Assembly: GCA_963816145.1 (NCBI GenBank)
Contig: CAWFJP010000004.1
Location: forward strand, 32,001-96,000
Source of the DNA: an uncultured delta proteobacterium
GTDB lineage: Bacteria; Desulfobacterota; Binatia; UBA9968
Direction of reading: 5' to 3'
Length of the DNA stretch: 64,000 bases
Shown: one piece after another, positions 53,080 to 62,984 of the stretch
How positions within the stretch are numbered: position 1 is the stretch's first letter
How the letters are laid out: each line of letters opens with the position of its first letter
Notes under the pieces: model-generated
What the model was told of the DNA's origin: nothing
What the model saw: the letters and a program-made list of their open reading frames with translations, nothing else
The model's database searches: none
Made by a program: the position numbers and the translations under genes

Positions 53080-54009
53080 ATGATTAAAAAATTAACGCGA
53101 GGAATAAACTGGAAAACATTTCTCTTCGCTTTTACATTTCTTTCCTTACAAACGGGTTTGGTATTCGCACAGCAGATTCGTGTAGTGGCGACCTTTCCTG
53201 ATCTCGCCGACATAACCCGGCAGATCGGCAAAGAGCTGGTCACTGTGGATAGTCTGGCCACGGGAATCGAAGACCCTCACGGGGTTCCCATGAAACCGAG
53301 CTTTGTGCCTCGATTAAACAGAGCTGACGTAATAGTCCTCACGGGTTTGGATGACGAGCATTCATGGCTTCCCGCGTTACTGGAAGTGGCAGCCAATTCA
53401 AAAATTCTTCTCGGCCGTCCGGGCTACATAGATTGTTCTGTTGGAGTACCGGTGCTTGAAGCGCCGACTCTCGTGGACCGCTCGGAGGGAGATATGCACC
53501 CGAAGGGGAATCCGCACTTCATGTTAGATCCTGTCAAAGCGAAAATCGCAGCGCGGAACATCGCTTCTGGCCTTTCCCGGAATTTTCCTCAACATCAGCA
53601 GGTTTTTGACAAAAATCTCAAAGCCTATGTTGCGGAACTGGATAGTTGGATTGCACGCTGGGAAAAGCTGGCGATGCCTCTCCGGGGTATCAAATATGTA
53701 GAATATCATCCCCAATGGATATATTTCGCCGATCGATTCGGTATGAAACGGATTGGGAGTGTTGAACTGAAGCCAGGGATAGAACCAACGCCTAATCATA
53801 TCGTGGAATTGGTGCAGACAATCAAACAAGAGAAACCTCAGTTACTCCTTTACGGTGCTCAGAACCCGCGACTTCCGCAACAAATCTCAGCTGAGACAGG
53901 TATCAAGGTTCTTCGTCTTTACAGTAACGCGGGAGCGCAACCTGAGACGGATAGCTATATAAAATGGATCGATTATACTGTGCGTACTCTAGTTCAGGCG
54001 GTTAGTTAG
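53080..54009 (+). CDS. znuA: Zn/Mn ABC transporter substrate-binding protein (cluster A-I)
   Basis: EDPH, GDMHPKGNPH, YH..W.YF..RFG, ELKPGIEPT..H. Confidence 0.85.
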   Translation: MIKKLTRGINWKTFLFAFTFLSLQTGLVFAQQIRVVATFPDLADITRQIGKELVTVDSLATGIEDPHGVPMKPSFVPRLNRADVIVLTGLDDEHSWLPALLEVAANSKILLGRPGYIDCSVGVPVLEAPTLVDRSEGDMHPKGNPHFMLDPVKAKIAARNIASGLSRNFPQHQQVFDKNLKAYVAELDSWIARWEKLAMPLRGIKYVEYHPQWIYFADRFGMKRIGSVELKPGIEPTPNHIVELVQTIKQEKPQLLLYGAQNPRLPQQISAETGIKVLRLYSNAGAQPETDSYIKWIDYTVRTLVQAVS

Positions 54010-54011
54010 AC

Positions 54012-54746
54012 TTGATAAAACAGGATCGAGATGTCGACGCAATCGCAGGCGCCAGAGGTGAAGAGTCGGAAAAAAGCTCTTCGCCTCTGGTTTCTCTTGA
54101 AAATGTAAACCTGGGCTATGATTCCACCCCGGTGGTTCGAGACGTCAATCTCGCTATCTTTCCGGGGAGCCTCATCGGTCTGGCCGGGCCCAACGGTTCA
54201 GGCAAGACCACGCTGTTCAGAACAATTCTAGGGTTACTGCCGCCTGTTAGCGGAACTCTTTCCCGCAGTTGTCCCTTGTCAAACTTTGGCTACGTGCCGC
54301 AAAGCGCAGCGCTCGATCCGCAATTTCCGCTGAGCGCGTCAGAGGTCGTGGAGATGGGCGCCTACGGCCGTGTCCGCCCATATCAGTTTTTACCGGCGAG
54401 TGAAAAGGCGCGAGTCAAAGAAGTTTTGCAACAAATTGGCTTGCCGCAGCTCGCGGCGAGATCGTTTTTTTCTTTGTCCGGTGGCCAAAAACAACGGATG
54501 CTGATTGCGCGCGCGTTGATGGTAAATCCAAAGATCATGATTTTAGACGAGCCGCTTTCTGGAGTGGACGAAGAGTCCCGGCGCAGCATCGCCGATCTAT
54601 TAACAAAACTCACCCGCGAAAAGGGATTGGCGGTGTTTTTTTCCAGCCACGACCTTGAGATGGTGCAACGCGTGGCCGATGGTATCGTGCGCATCGATAA
54701 AGGACAGATTTGGTTGGACGAAAGAAAGGCACGACTTCATCCATGA
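54012..54746 (+). CDS. znuC: Metal ABC transporter ATP-binding protein
   Basis: GPNGSGKT, GYVPQ, LSGGQKQR, LDEP, SHD. Confidence 0.88.
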   Translation: MIKQDRDVDAIAGARGEESEKSSSPLVSLENVNLGYDSTPVVRDVNLAIFPGSLIGLAGPNGSGKTTLFRTILGLLPPVSGTLSRSCPLSNFGYVPQSAALDPQFPLSASEVVEMGAYGRVRPYQFLPASEKARVKEVLQQIGLPQLAARSFFSLSGGQKQRMLIARALMVNPKIMILDEPLSGVDEESRRSIADLLTKLTREKGLAVFFSSHDLEMVQRVADGIVRIDKGQIWLDERKARLHP

Positions 54747-56188
54747 GCGCTCTATTTGAAATCATAAGCCCCTCATATTTGCTCTTTCCAGCACTCGTGG
54801 GCACGATGATCATGGGCTTGGTTTGTCCACTGGTGGGATCGTTCCTGGTTCTTAGACGCACGGTGTTTCTTGGATTAACCCTTCCGGAAATTGCTGCCGC
54901 TGGAGTCGCTTTTACGTTCTGGATGCAGCAGGCGGGCCTCTTGCCACAGATGGGACAAAGCGAAAGAGGTGTTGCGATGGTGGGGTCGCTCGTCTTTACG
55001 TTCCTCGGCATGGGGCTGCTCGGTTATCTGGAGCAGCGCGGCAAAGGCCCAGCGGAAGGCCGCCTCGCCGCGGCATACGCATTTGCCGGCGCTCTAACGA
55101 TCTTGTTCATGGTTTTTAATCCCGCGGGTCAGATAGAAGTTCTCAATCTACTGAAGGGTGAAGTGATCGCACTATCCAAAGGAGAACTGCGACTTGTAGT
55201 TGCAGTGTTTGGCTTAGTTTTATTGGCGATGGTTTTCTTCCGCCGTGAGTTTCTTCTGACTTCTTTCGATCGGGACTTAGCATTCTTGCTCAAAGGCCGC
55301 CAAGTGATTTGGGACATATTGCTTTATCTTCTTGCCGGCTTAATCATCGCCGTCGGGGTGATCATCGCGGGACCGCTGCTGATTTTCGGATTCCTGGTCT
55401 TGCCGGCGCTGGCAGCTAAACCTTTGGTCCACCGGATGAGTTCTTTCCTTATGCTTTCTTCAGCGTTGGGTATGATGATGGCATTTTTCGGTTTTTACAG
55501 CTCCGTCAGGTTGGATCTTCCTTTAGGACCAACAGACGTGGCTCTGGGATGCTGCCTGATCTTTCTGGCGTACGGAATCCGGCGGATTTCAACCAGAGGT
55601 TTTGCGGCAACGATCCTGACATGCGTTGCTATTTCCGTTTCCGCTTGCAGCACGCCAGTCCCTCCACCACCCATTCCTGAGGCTAAAGCGATTCATGCAG
55701 ATCTAGTCTGGTTGGCCAAGGTCAAAAATAGCACTGCGTTGCCGCTGATATTGCCGGAGTCCAATCCGCTGCGATCGTTGGCCGAAATGGCCGGCAAGCT
55801 TGCCCCCGAGACACGCGCCAACGTGATGGATTTGCTGCGTCAAAATCTCCAAACTGAACTCGCGCAACAAGGCTTCCAGATTTTTCTACCTGAGGCCAAG
55901 GATGTGCGCTTTCCGCCGTTTGCCGCCGACGCCGTTAGCGCCGCCCGGGTGGCGCGCGAGGGGAATCTTTCGGGGTTGATTTTCGTCTGTGAGATTTGGC
56001 GCTGGGAAGGCGAAACGCAAAAGTTCGTGCGCGCTCTGGTCGATTTCAAACTCGTCCGCATCGATGACGGCACCGTCGTCTGGGAGCGCCGCGTGCAACG
56101 CGCGGTTCCCACCCCGAGCGCGACCAATCTCGGTCAGGCATCGACCGATGCCGTAAAGGCAATTATCCACGACTTATTCGCGGGATGA
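54743..56188 (+). CDS. znuB: Metal ABC permease (ABC-3) fused to a C-terminal lipoprotein-like domain
   Basis: N-terminal about 290 aa ABC-3 permease (G.FLVLRR, SFDRDLA, LDLPLGP); C-terminal VSA-C and a domain resembling 47939..48556. Confidence 0.8.
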   Translation: MSALFEIISPSYLLFPALVGTMIMGLVCPLVGSFLVLRRTVFLGLTLPEIAAAGVAFTFWMQQAGLLPQMGQSERGVAMVGSLVFTFLGMGLLGYLEQRGKGPAEGRLAAAYAFAGALTILFMVFNPAGQIEVLNLLKGEVIALSKGELRLVVAVFGLVLLAMVFFRREFLLTSFDRDLAFLLKGRQVIWDILLYLLAGLIIAVGVIIAGPLLIFGFLVLPALAAKPLVHRMSSFLMLSSALGMMMAFFGFYSSVRLDLPLGPTDVALGCCLIFLAYGIRRISTRGFAATILTCVAISVSACSTPVPPPPIPEAKAIHADLVWLAKVKNSTALPLILPESNPLRSLAEMAGKLAPETRANVMDLLRQNLQTELAQQGFQIFLPEAKDVRFPPFAADAVSAARVAREGNLSGLIFVCEIWRWEGETQKFVRALVDFKLVRIDDGTVVWERRVQRAVPTPSATNLGQASTDAVKAIIHDLFAG

Positions 56189-56950
56189 AAAGAGGATGTC
56201 ACGTCTGCTACATGGATTTATAGCCTCGCCAGCGTTGTTTTGGTGAGTCTGCTGTCGCTTGTCGGTATCGCTTTTATCTCACTGAGCGAATTGCGTTTGA
56301 AGCAGCTGATATTCGCCATGGTTAGCCTCGCTGTCGGCAGTTTGTTCGGCGACGCATTCATCCATCTGTTGCCCAAGTCATTTGAGCAGAGGCCGGAGAA
56401 GATGCAAGTGTCGCTCTCAATTCTTGCCGGAATCTTTACATTTTTTATTTTGGAAAAATTTCTTCTTTGGCGTCACAAGCACGTGCTGGAATCCGAGCAT
56501 GCGATCCACCCCGTCGGGTACATGAATCTACTGGCAGACGGCGTGCACAACTTTATTGACGGCGCGATTATCGGAGCGTCTTATCTGGTCAGCTATCAGA
56601 TTGGCGTGGCGACTACCCTGGCGGTGATTTTTCACGAGATCCCGCATGAGCTCGGAAACTTCTTCGTTTTGCTCTATGCCGGATTCACCAAGACGAAAGC
56701 GCTCTTGTTCAACTTTATATCGGCATTGTTCGCGATTTTGGGAACTGTAATTTCGTTGTCCGTCGGTTCTCGGGTGCAACAATTTGCTTCGCTGATGCTG
56801 CCGATCGCCGCCGGCGGTTTTATTTACATCGCCGGTTCCGATCTAGTTCCCGAGCTGAATAAAGAGGTGCAACTATCCAAATCGATCATGCAGATGATCG
56901 CTATAGGAACCGGCGTTGGATTAATGCTGTTATTGACGCTGCTGGAATGA
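56185..56950 (+). CDS. ZIP family metal transporter (5' end probably frameshifted in an A-run at ~56188)
   Basis: GDAFIHLLP, DGVHNFIDG, HEIPHELG, GFIYIAGSDLVPEL; in-frame upstream TWIYSLASV lacks a start unless one A is removed after ATG 56185. Confidence 0.9.
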
Positions 56951-56962
56951 GGTTATCGCACT

Positions 56963-57586
56963 ATGGCTCACCGTCGTCCTCCGCTTATGCGCGCATTGCA
57001 GCTCAATACCGCGGTTCTGGTCGTAGAGATCGCCGCCGGAATTGGCTCTAACAGTTTTAGCCTCATCATGGATGGCATCCATAATCTTTCCGACGAAGTC
57101 GCGCTTGTGCTGCTGGTGCTAGCCTATAGTCTTAGAGCGGGTCTTTCAGGCAAGCTGTTGCGCTACGCAAACCTGTTCAACTCAGTCGGACTTTTAGCGA
57201 TCTCGGTCTTCCTGACCTTGCGTGTTGTTGAGCGCCTGTCTTACCCCGTCGAAGTGGTCGGCGTTGTCCCGATCATAGCCGGTTTGATCGGAGCAGCAGC
57301 CAACTGGGGCGTCGCTCGCGTGTTGCGCGAAGCCGCCAAAGAGGACGTGGCCATTCGTCTAGCTTACGTCCACAATCTCGGCGACACTTTGGTTTCGCTC
57401 ATTCCGGTAGCAGCTGGCATTTTCATTTTTGCCTCGGGAAATTTTCTATTTGACTCGTTGTTCGCCTTGCTGATTGCCGCCGTTGTGGTGGTTACGACGC
57501 TGCAAGCCGTCGTGGGGTCCCACCAAGAGCTGCTGTGGCCGGAGAATGTTTCGTGCGGGCATGCGGAAGTTGATCTAAAGATTTGA
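56963..57586 (+). CDS. Cation diffusion facilitator (CDF) lacking the cytoplasmic C-terminal domain
   Basis: S.SL..DG.HNLSD (TM2 HxxxD), HNLGD (TM5); only 207 aa. Confidence 0.8.
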   Translation: MAHRRPPLMRALQLNTAVLVVEIAAGIGSNSFSLIMDGIHNLSDEVALVLLVLAYSLRAGLSGKLLRYANLFNSVGLLAISVFLTLRVVERLSYPVEVVGVVPIIAGLIGAAANWGVARVLREAAKEDVAIRLAYVHNLGDTLVSLIPVAAGIFIFASGNFLFDSLFALLIAAVVVVTTLQAVVGSHQELLWPENVSCGHAEVDLKI

Positions 57587-57657
57587 CCAAAATTCGCCGC
57601 TGATTTTCCAAACCTGGGTGGGGCTACCGCCCGGGCAGATTCTCCTTGGTCCAAGGG

Positions 57658-58437
57658 TCACGGCGTTCTTCGTGAAGCAAAGATAAGGGATACGCCGACG
57701 ACGAAAAAGGGAATACTGAGAATTTGCCCCATGTCCAACGGCAGTCGGCTCTCGAATGGCACCTGATTCTCTTTGACCATTTCGATTAGGAAACGCGCGA
57801 GAAAAGCTGCCGTTGTCACCGTGCCGACGACTCTGCCGGGGAATTGCGTGATCGTGGTTCTCCGATAGGTGGTATTGAGAAGGCAAAAGATAACCAAGTA
57901 CGCGAGCGCTTCGTAAAGCATCGCAGGATGCCGAGGAATGCTGTCAACACGCGCGAAAACCAGGGCCCACGGCAAGATTGACGGCGTGCCGATAATCTCC
58001 GAATTGAAAAAATTGCCGACTCTGATCAATGCGCCCGCCAACAAACAAGGTAGGGAGAGACGATCCGCAAGCTCGATGAAACTCATGTCGCGGTGTTTTC
58101 TGAGGTAAAAATAGAGCGCGATAATGACGCCGGCGAAACCGCCATGGCTGGCGAGACCACCGTGCCAGAGCATCGGAATCTCCCATGGGTGTGACAGGAA
58201 ATAGTCGGGCTGATAGAAAAGGACGTGACCCAGTCGGGCGCCGATGATCGTACCGAGCATCAAATAGAGAAATAGCTCGGATAAATTCTCGAGTGAGCGC
58301 TGTTCCCGGCGGTAAATCTGCGCCATGACCTCGTAGCCGAGGAAAAATCCGAGCGCGAAAAATAGACCATACCAACGAATTTCGACTGGGCCGAGGCGAA
58401 ATATCGCCGGATCTATGTTCCATACCCAATGTCGCAT
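57658..58437 (-). CDS. lgt: Prolipoprotein diacylglyceryl transferase
   Basis: IRWYG, IGARLGHV, LASHGG, RVGNFFNSE, RHPAMLYE, MGQILS. Confidence 0.95.
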   Translation of the reverse strand: MRHWVWNIDPAIFRLGPVEIRWYGLFFALGFFLGYEVMAQIYRREQRSLENLSELFLYLMLGTIIGARLGHVLFYQPDYFLSHPWEIPMLWHGGLASHGGFAGVIIALYFYLRKHRDMSFIELADRLSLPCLLAGALIRVGNFFNSEIIGTPSILPWALVFARVDSIPRHPAMLYEALAYLVIFCLLNTTYRRTTITQFPGRVVGTVTTAAFLARFLIEMVKENQVPFESRLPLDMGQILSIPFFVVGVSLIFASRRTP

Positions 58438-58546
58438 CAGCGATGTCACGCTAGCAGGTTTCGTCGATTATTGAAGATCGCGCCCGGTTGTCCGCGATCC
58501 TTGAGATAGCTTTTGCTACTCCAAAAGCTTTGCTATAGTCGCACCC

Positions 58547-59719
58547 ATGTCGTCAATCCTGATCAAAAACATCGGCGCCCTGGTCACTGGCAAGTTGGCC
58601 GGTCCGCTCCGGCAGGCTGATTCGATTTTTATTAAAGATGGTTTGGTTCAAGCGATCGGCACCGGTTTAAGTCAAGCTGCCGACCAGACGATCGACGCCA
58701 ACGGCATCACCGCCATCCCCGGTTTGATCGATTCGCATTCCCATCCATCGATCGGCGAGTACACGCCGGCGCAGAATACGCTGGGTTGGATCACTAACTA
58801 TATGCATGGCGGCGTGACTGCGTTGATCTCCGCCGGCGAATTGCATCTCCCCGGACTGCCGCTGCCGCCCGACGCGCGCACGGCGCTGTCGGTCGCTGTG
58901 GTGACGAAGAAATGTTACGACAATCTGCGACCGTCGGGCGTCAAGGTGCATGCCGGCACCTTGCTGTTGGTTCCAGGTTTGTCGGAAAAAGATTTCGACG
59001 AGATTCACGCGCTCGGCATCAAGCTGGTCAAGTTTATTTTTTACGATTACAGCTTGCTGCCCAACGGCGAAGCGAATCGTTATGTCGATTGGGCGCATGC
59101 TCGGGGTATCAAGGTTAAAATTCATTCCGGCGGCGTGTCGCGTTCGGGCGTCAGCCAGGTGGCCGGCTTCGACATGGTGCAAAAGATCAAACCCGACATC
59201 ATCGGCCATATCACCGGCGGGCCGATTCCGATGCCGGAACAGGACATGATCCGCATCGCCAACGAGACCGAATGCTTCATGGAAATCTGCACCTCGGGAA
59301 ATTATCGCTTGGCTTTGAGCCTGGCGCGAGTTGTAAAAGTGAACGGCCGTTATGACCGGGTGTTGATCGGTACCGACACGCCAGGCGGCACCGGCATCGT
59401 GCCGCGCGGCATTTTGCGTGAGATCGCTTTTCTTTCTTCCGTGGGCGAGATCGCGCCGGAGAATGCCATCTGCATGGCTACCGGCAACGTCGGCCGCGCC
59501 CATGATTTGAATCTGGGCATCCTAGAAGAGGGGCGGCCCGCCGATATCGTCTTGCTGCACAAGATCACCGGCTCGGTTTCCAAGGACGCGCTCGATTCCT
59601 TTGCCAAAGGCGATTTGCCGGGGATTTCCTATGTGATTATCGACGGGGTCGTCCAGGTGGCAGGACGCAGCCAGCAAACGCCGCCGCCGGAGCGAGCGGC
59701 CAGCGAAAGTTGTTGTTAA
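58547..59719 (+). CDS. Amidohydrolase, enamidase-like
   Basis: PGLIDSHSH, ISAGE.H.PG, IHSGG, GHITGGP, GTDTP; extended -10 TGcTATAGT 8 nt before the ATG (leaderless). Confidence 0.82.
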   Translation: MSSILIKNIGALVTGKLAGPLRQADSIFIKDGLVQAIGTGLSQAADQTIDANGITAIPGLIDSHSHPSIGEYTPAQNTLGWITNYMHGGVTALISAGELHLPGLPLPPDARTALSVAVVTKKCYDNLRPSGVKVHAGTLLLVPGLSEKDFDEIHALGIKLVKFIFYDYSLLPNGEANRYVDWAHARGIKVKIHSGGVSRSGVSQVAGFDMVQKIKPDIIGHITGGPIPMPEQDMIRIANETECFMEICTSGNYRLALSLARVVKVNGRYDRVLIGTDTPGGTGIVPRGILREIAFLSSVGEIAPENAICMATGNVGRAHDLNLGILEEGRPADIVLLHKITGSVSKDALDSFAKGDLPGISYVIIDGVVQVAGRSQQTPPPERAASESCC

Positions 59720-59732
59720 AGGGGAGTCGATC

Positions 59733-60714
59733 GTGAGCCAATTCGAATTCGGCGTTGGGCTTTTTCCCACCGAGCCGCTGCAAAAGATGATTCACCTGGC
59801 CAAGGTAAGTGAAGAGGTGGGGTTTAGCCACATTTGGGTGGGCGACTCCCACTTAATCTGGCGCGAGGCTTACATCAATATGGCGGCGATGATGCTCAAC
59901 ACGACCAAAGTGAAGTTGGGCACCGGTGTCACCAACCCGTTGACGCGCCATCCCTCGGTGGTCGCTAGCGGCTATGCGACTTTGGAAGAATATTCACCCG
60001 GCCGCATGATCGTCGGCATTGGCTTGGGCGACAGCTCGGTGGAAACCATGGGCATGAAGCCGTCGACGTTGGCCAACTTCGAAAAATCTCTACAGCAAAT
60101 GCGCGAGTTGTTCGCCGGCAAGGAAGCCGAACTGCCGACCGGCAGGATTCATCTGCTCCATCCATGCAAAAACAAAGTTCCGATATACGTCGCCGCCAGC
60201 GGGCCGAAGATGTTGGAACTCTGCGGGCGCATCGCCGATGGCATCATCGTTCTGGTGGGTGTCGCAGACGATTACATCGCCCATGCCAAGGAGAAGATCG
60301 CCGCGGGCGCCAAAGCCGCAGGACGAAAGTTGGACGATATTAATCTCGTTCTTGTGGGTTCCCTGCGCGGTTTCCGAAACGGCGAATGCGAAAGACGCAG
60401 TCAAAGCCCATGTCGCGCGCGTGGTTGCCCATCCGCTGCCTTACGTGCTCGATCCCAATGAACAGAAGGTTCTTGAAGAGATCCGCAAAACCTACGACTA
60501 CTACCATCATATGGATCAGCAGGCGAACCACGCCGAGGTGATTCCCGACTGGCTGGTCGACAAGTTCGCCATCGCCGGCACGGCGGCGGAATGCAAAGCG
60601 CAGATCGAGCGCATCAAGAAAACCGGCATCCAGCAAATCGCCATCATTCCCTACAGCCCGCCAGGCGGCAGCCGGGAAGAGACCATTCGCGGCTTTGCCA
60701 AGGCCATGGGCTAG
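59733..60714 (+). CDS. LLM-class (luciferase-like, Mer-like) flavin/F420 oxidoreductase, frameshift at ~60350
   Basis: WVGDSH, LGTGVTNP.TRHP, GIGLGDS, AASGPKML..G.IADG; ORF 60238..60714 supplies the C-terminus (FAIAGT). Confidence 0.85.
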
Positions 60715-60763
60715 ATTGTGGATTCTCACTACTGCTATATCATCGAGCGAAAGGGTAAGAACT

Positions 60764-61156
60764 ATGAAAATCGTCCACACTATGATCCGCGTCAACAATC
60801 TCGACGAGAGTTTGAAGTTCTACTGCGACGGGCTCGGCATGAAGCTATTGAAGAAACGCGACTATGAGTCGGGCCGTTTTACCAACGTTTTCGTCGGTTA
60901 CGGCTCGGAAGCGACCGACGCGGTGATCGAGCTTACCTACAATTGGGACACTCATTCTTACGATATTGGTAATGGCTTCGGCCATATCGCCCTGGGCGTG
61001 CCGGATGTCTACAAGACCTGTGAAGAGTTGCGCGCCAAAGGCGTGAAAATTACCCGCGAGCCCGGCCCGATGAAACATGGCAGCGGCGCCAACGCCATTG
61101 CATTCCTCGAAGACCCCAATGGCTACAAAATCGAACTGACGACGCGGGCGGAGTAA
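60764..61156 (+). CDS. gloA: Lactoylglutathione lyase (glyoxalase I)
   Basis: HTMIRV, IELTYNW, GFGHIA, REPGPMKHG, DPNGYKIEL. Confidence 0.95.
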   Translation: MKIVHTMIRVNNLDESLKFYCDGLGMKLLKKRDYESGRFTNVFVGYGSEATDAVIELTYNWDTHSYDIGNGFGHIALGVPDVYKTCEELRAKGVKITREPGPMKHGSGANAIAFLEDPNGYKIELTTRAE

Positions 61157-61174
61157 CGATTTACACTGCCGAGA

Positions 61175-61494
61175 TTAATCCTTGCGCCGCTGGACGACTT
61201 TAGGATTTTTATCTTCCATGTCGTTAAGCGGCCCCGCCTTACGCAAGAGCCCAGGCGCGACATTCCAGCGCTGGCCGCCGTCGGTGATCACTGTGACGGT
61301 TTTTTATTGTAGCGGGTGATGATGCCGAATAACGGCGGGCGTCGGTCCGGGTGAAAAGTCACTCGGTCGCCGATCCCGAAGTCGAGCATCTGCGAGTGGG
61401 CGCGCATTTGATTCAAGAACCGCAGACGCGCGACGATACGGTTGTTCAGATCGATCAAATCGTTCTCGCTGAGTTTGTCGCTGTCGATATTCAC
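61175..61494 (-). CDS. Small conserved-looking hypothetical protein, frameshift in an A-run at ~61300
   Basis: MNID.DKLSE..LIDLNNRIV.RL..IGDRV.F..TRYNKK continues TVTVITDGGQRWNVAPGLLRK in the shifted frame. Confidence 0.6.
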
Positions 61495-61576
61495 GACGAC
61501 CTCCGCCTTGAATTTGGCGCACCGCTTGAAAAGAAGTCAATTGAGCTTGGGCGAAATTGCCGGTAACCTTTTTACC

Positions 61577-61942
61577 ATGGCAAAACTTATATCAGCACCG
61601 ACCGTTATTCCTGCAGCCGGCAAGCCGCCGAAAATCATCGAAGAGTTCATTGGCCGCGTCAACTCGCAGACCGCGAATATCAGTATCGCCAAGATGACCA
61701 GCCCTTCGGGCTGGCGCGAACCAGGACAAATTCCGGAGTTTGACGAATACACGATTGTTCTGTATGGCGAACTGCAAGTGGAAACGCGCGACGCGATCCA
61801 CAAAGTTGCGGCCGGACAAGCGATCATCGTTCATGCCGGCGAGTGGGTGCGTTACAGCACACCAAGTCCGGCTGGCGCGCAATACGTCGCGGTTTGCCTG
61901 CCTGCGTTCGCGCCAGTAACCGTTCACCGCGACGCGGAATGA
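61577..61942 (+). CDS. Cupin domain protein
   Basis: EPGQ.PEFDEY..VL.GEL, AGQA..GEWVRYSTP; promoter TTGAGC-17-TAACCT ends 8 nt before the ATG. Confidence 0.85.
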   Translation: MAKLISAPTVIPAAGKPPKIIEEFIGRVNSQTANISIAKMTSPSGWREPGQIPEFDEYTIVLYGELQVETRDAIHKVAAGQAIIVHAGEWVRYSTPSPAGAQYVAVCLPAFAPVTVHRDAE

Positions 61943-62455
61943 TTTCATGGCAGTTGTTGGCGATGCGATTGGGCGGCGGAGGGCGTTCTGGTACCCGGTA
62001 CCCTGGTCCATCATTGCAGATCGTTTGTCTAATCCGGATTCTTGACGAGAATATTTTTAGCCGCGTCTAGACAGACCAGCCGCATTACTCCCAGGACATC
62101 TTGCGTGAACGGGCAGACCATGAAGTCTGCAAACCTAAGCGAATCGGCGGTGACTAATTGCGCGACGATATCGGGTGGGATGTTTTCATAATTGGGCAGT
62201 AGGAAACGCCCGTCCGAAATGCCCAGAAGCCGCTTGCTGCCAATCGGCCATATGCGCAAAGCCGGTGCGCCGTTTTAGATGGACAATCTGCCGCGAATTT
62301 GAAAGCAGGGATTGACGAGTTGGGGATGCTGTCGACAGGGCATTTTCCGGATGGTTCGGGTGCCCCTGGATTATCGGCTGCAAAGTGCCGTATCAAGGGG
62401 AGTAACACGAATGCCACCCACCGGGATCGCTACGCCACTTTTACGCCCCATGATT

Positions 62456-62941
62456 TCATAAGAACCGCACTACCGCGAAAATTCCAATCATGGCAAGTGA
62501 CATGGCAATCTTCAGCGCCGAGCCGATGACGAGGCCGATGGTGGCGCCGATGCCGGCGCGGGTGGCTTGTTGCAGACCACGGCGGGCTGACAGTTCACCG
62601 ATCACGGCGCCGATAAAAGGGCCAAAGATGACGCCGGAAAGGCCGAGAAACAGACCGGCGACGACGCCGATCAGAGCGCCGATGATTGCGCGTTTGGATG
62701 CGCCGAACTTCTTGGCGCCAAAAATCGTCGCCCAAAAATCCACGGCGTAAGTCAATCCCGCCAAAACCGCAAGAACGATTATCGTCCGCAGGCCGACGTG
62801 GGTAAAATTGTCGGCCCACGCGCCGAGGATGAGGCCGATCAGAATGAGCGGCGCGCCTGGTAGGCCGGGCAGGACGAGTCCGAGCAAACCCAGTCCCACC
62901 AGGAGAACTGCGCCGACCCAGTAGATAATAACATCTTCCAT
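62456..62941 (-). CDS. DUF456 family membrane protein
   Basis: LPGLPG, GAKKFGASK, GPFIGAVIGE. Confidence 0.85.
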   Translation of the reverse strand: MEDVIIYWVGAVLLVGLGLLGLVLPGLPGAPLILIGLILGAWADNFTHVGLRTIIVLAVLAGLTYAVDFWATIFGAKKFGASKRAIIGALIGVVAGLFLGLSGVIFGPFIGAVIGELSARRGLQQATRAGIGATIGLVIGSALKIAMSLAMIGIFAVVRFL

Positions 62942-62984
62942 GGTCTTGCTTTCGTTATTGCGGACATGGCTGCGGTGACTGGTT

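Noticed and set aside
61950-62450. Short ORFs between the cupin and DUF456 genes
   Set aside because: No recognisable motifs or convincing translation signals.
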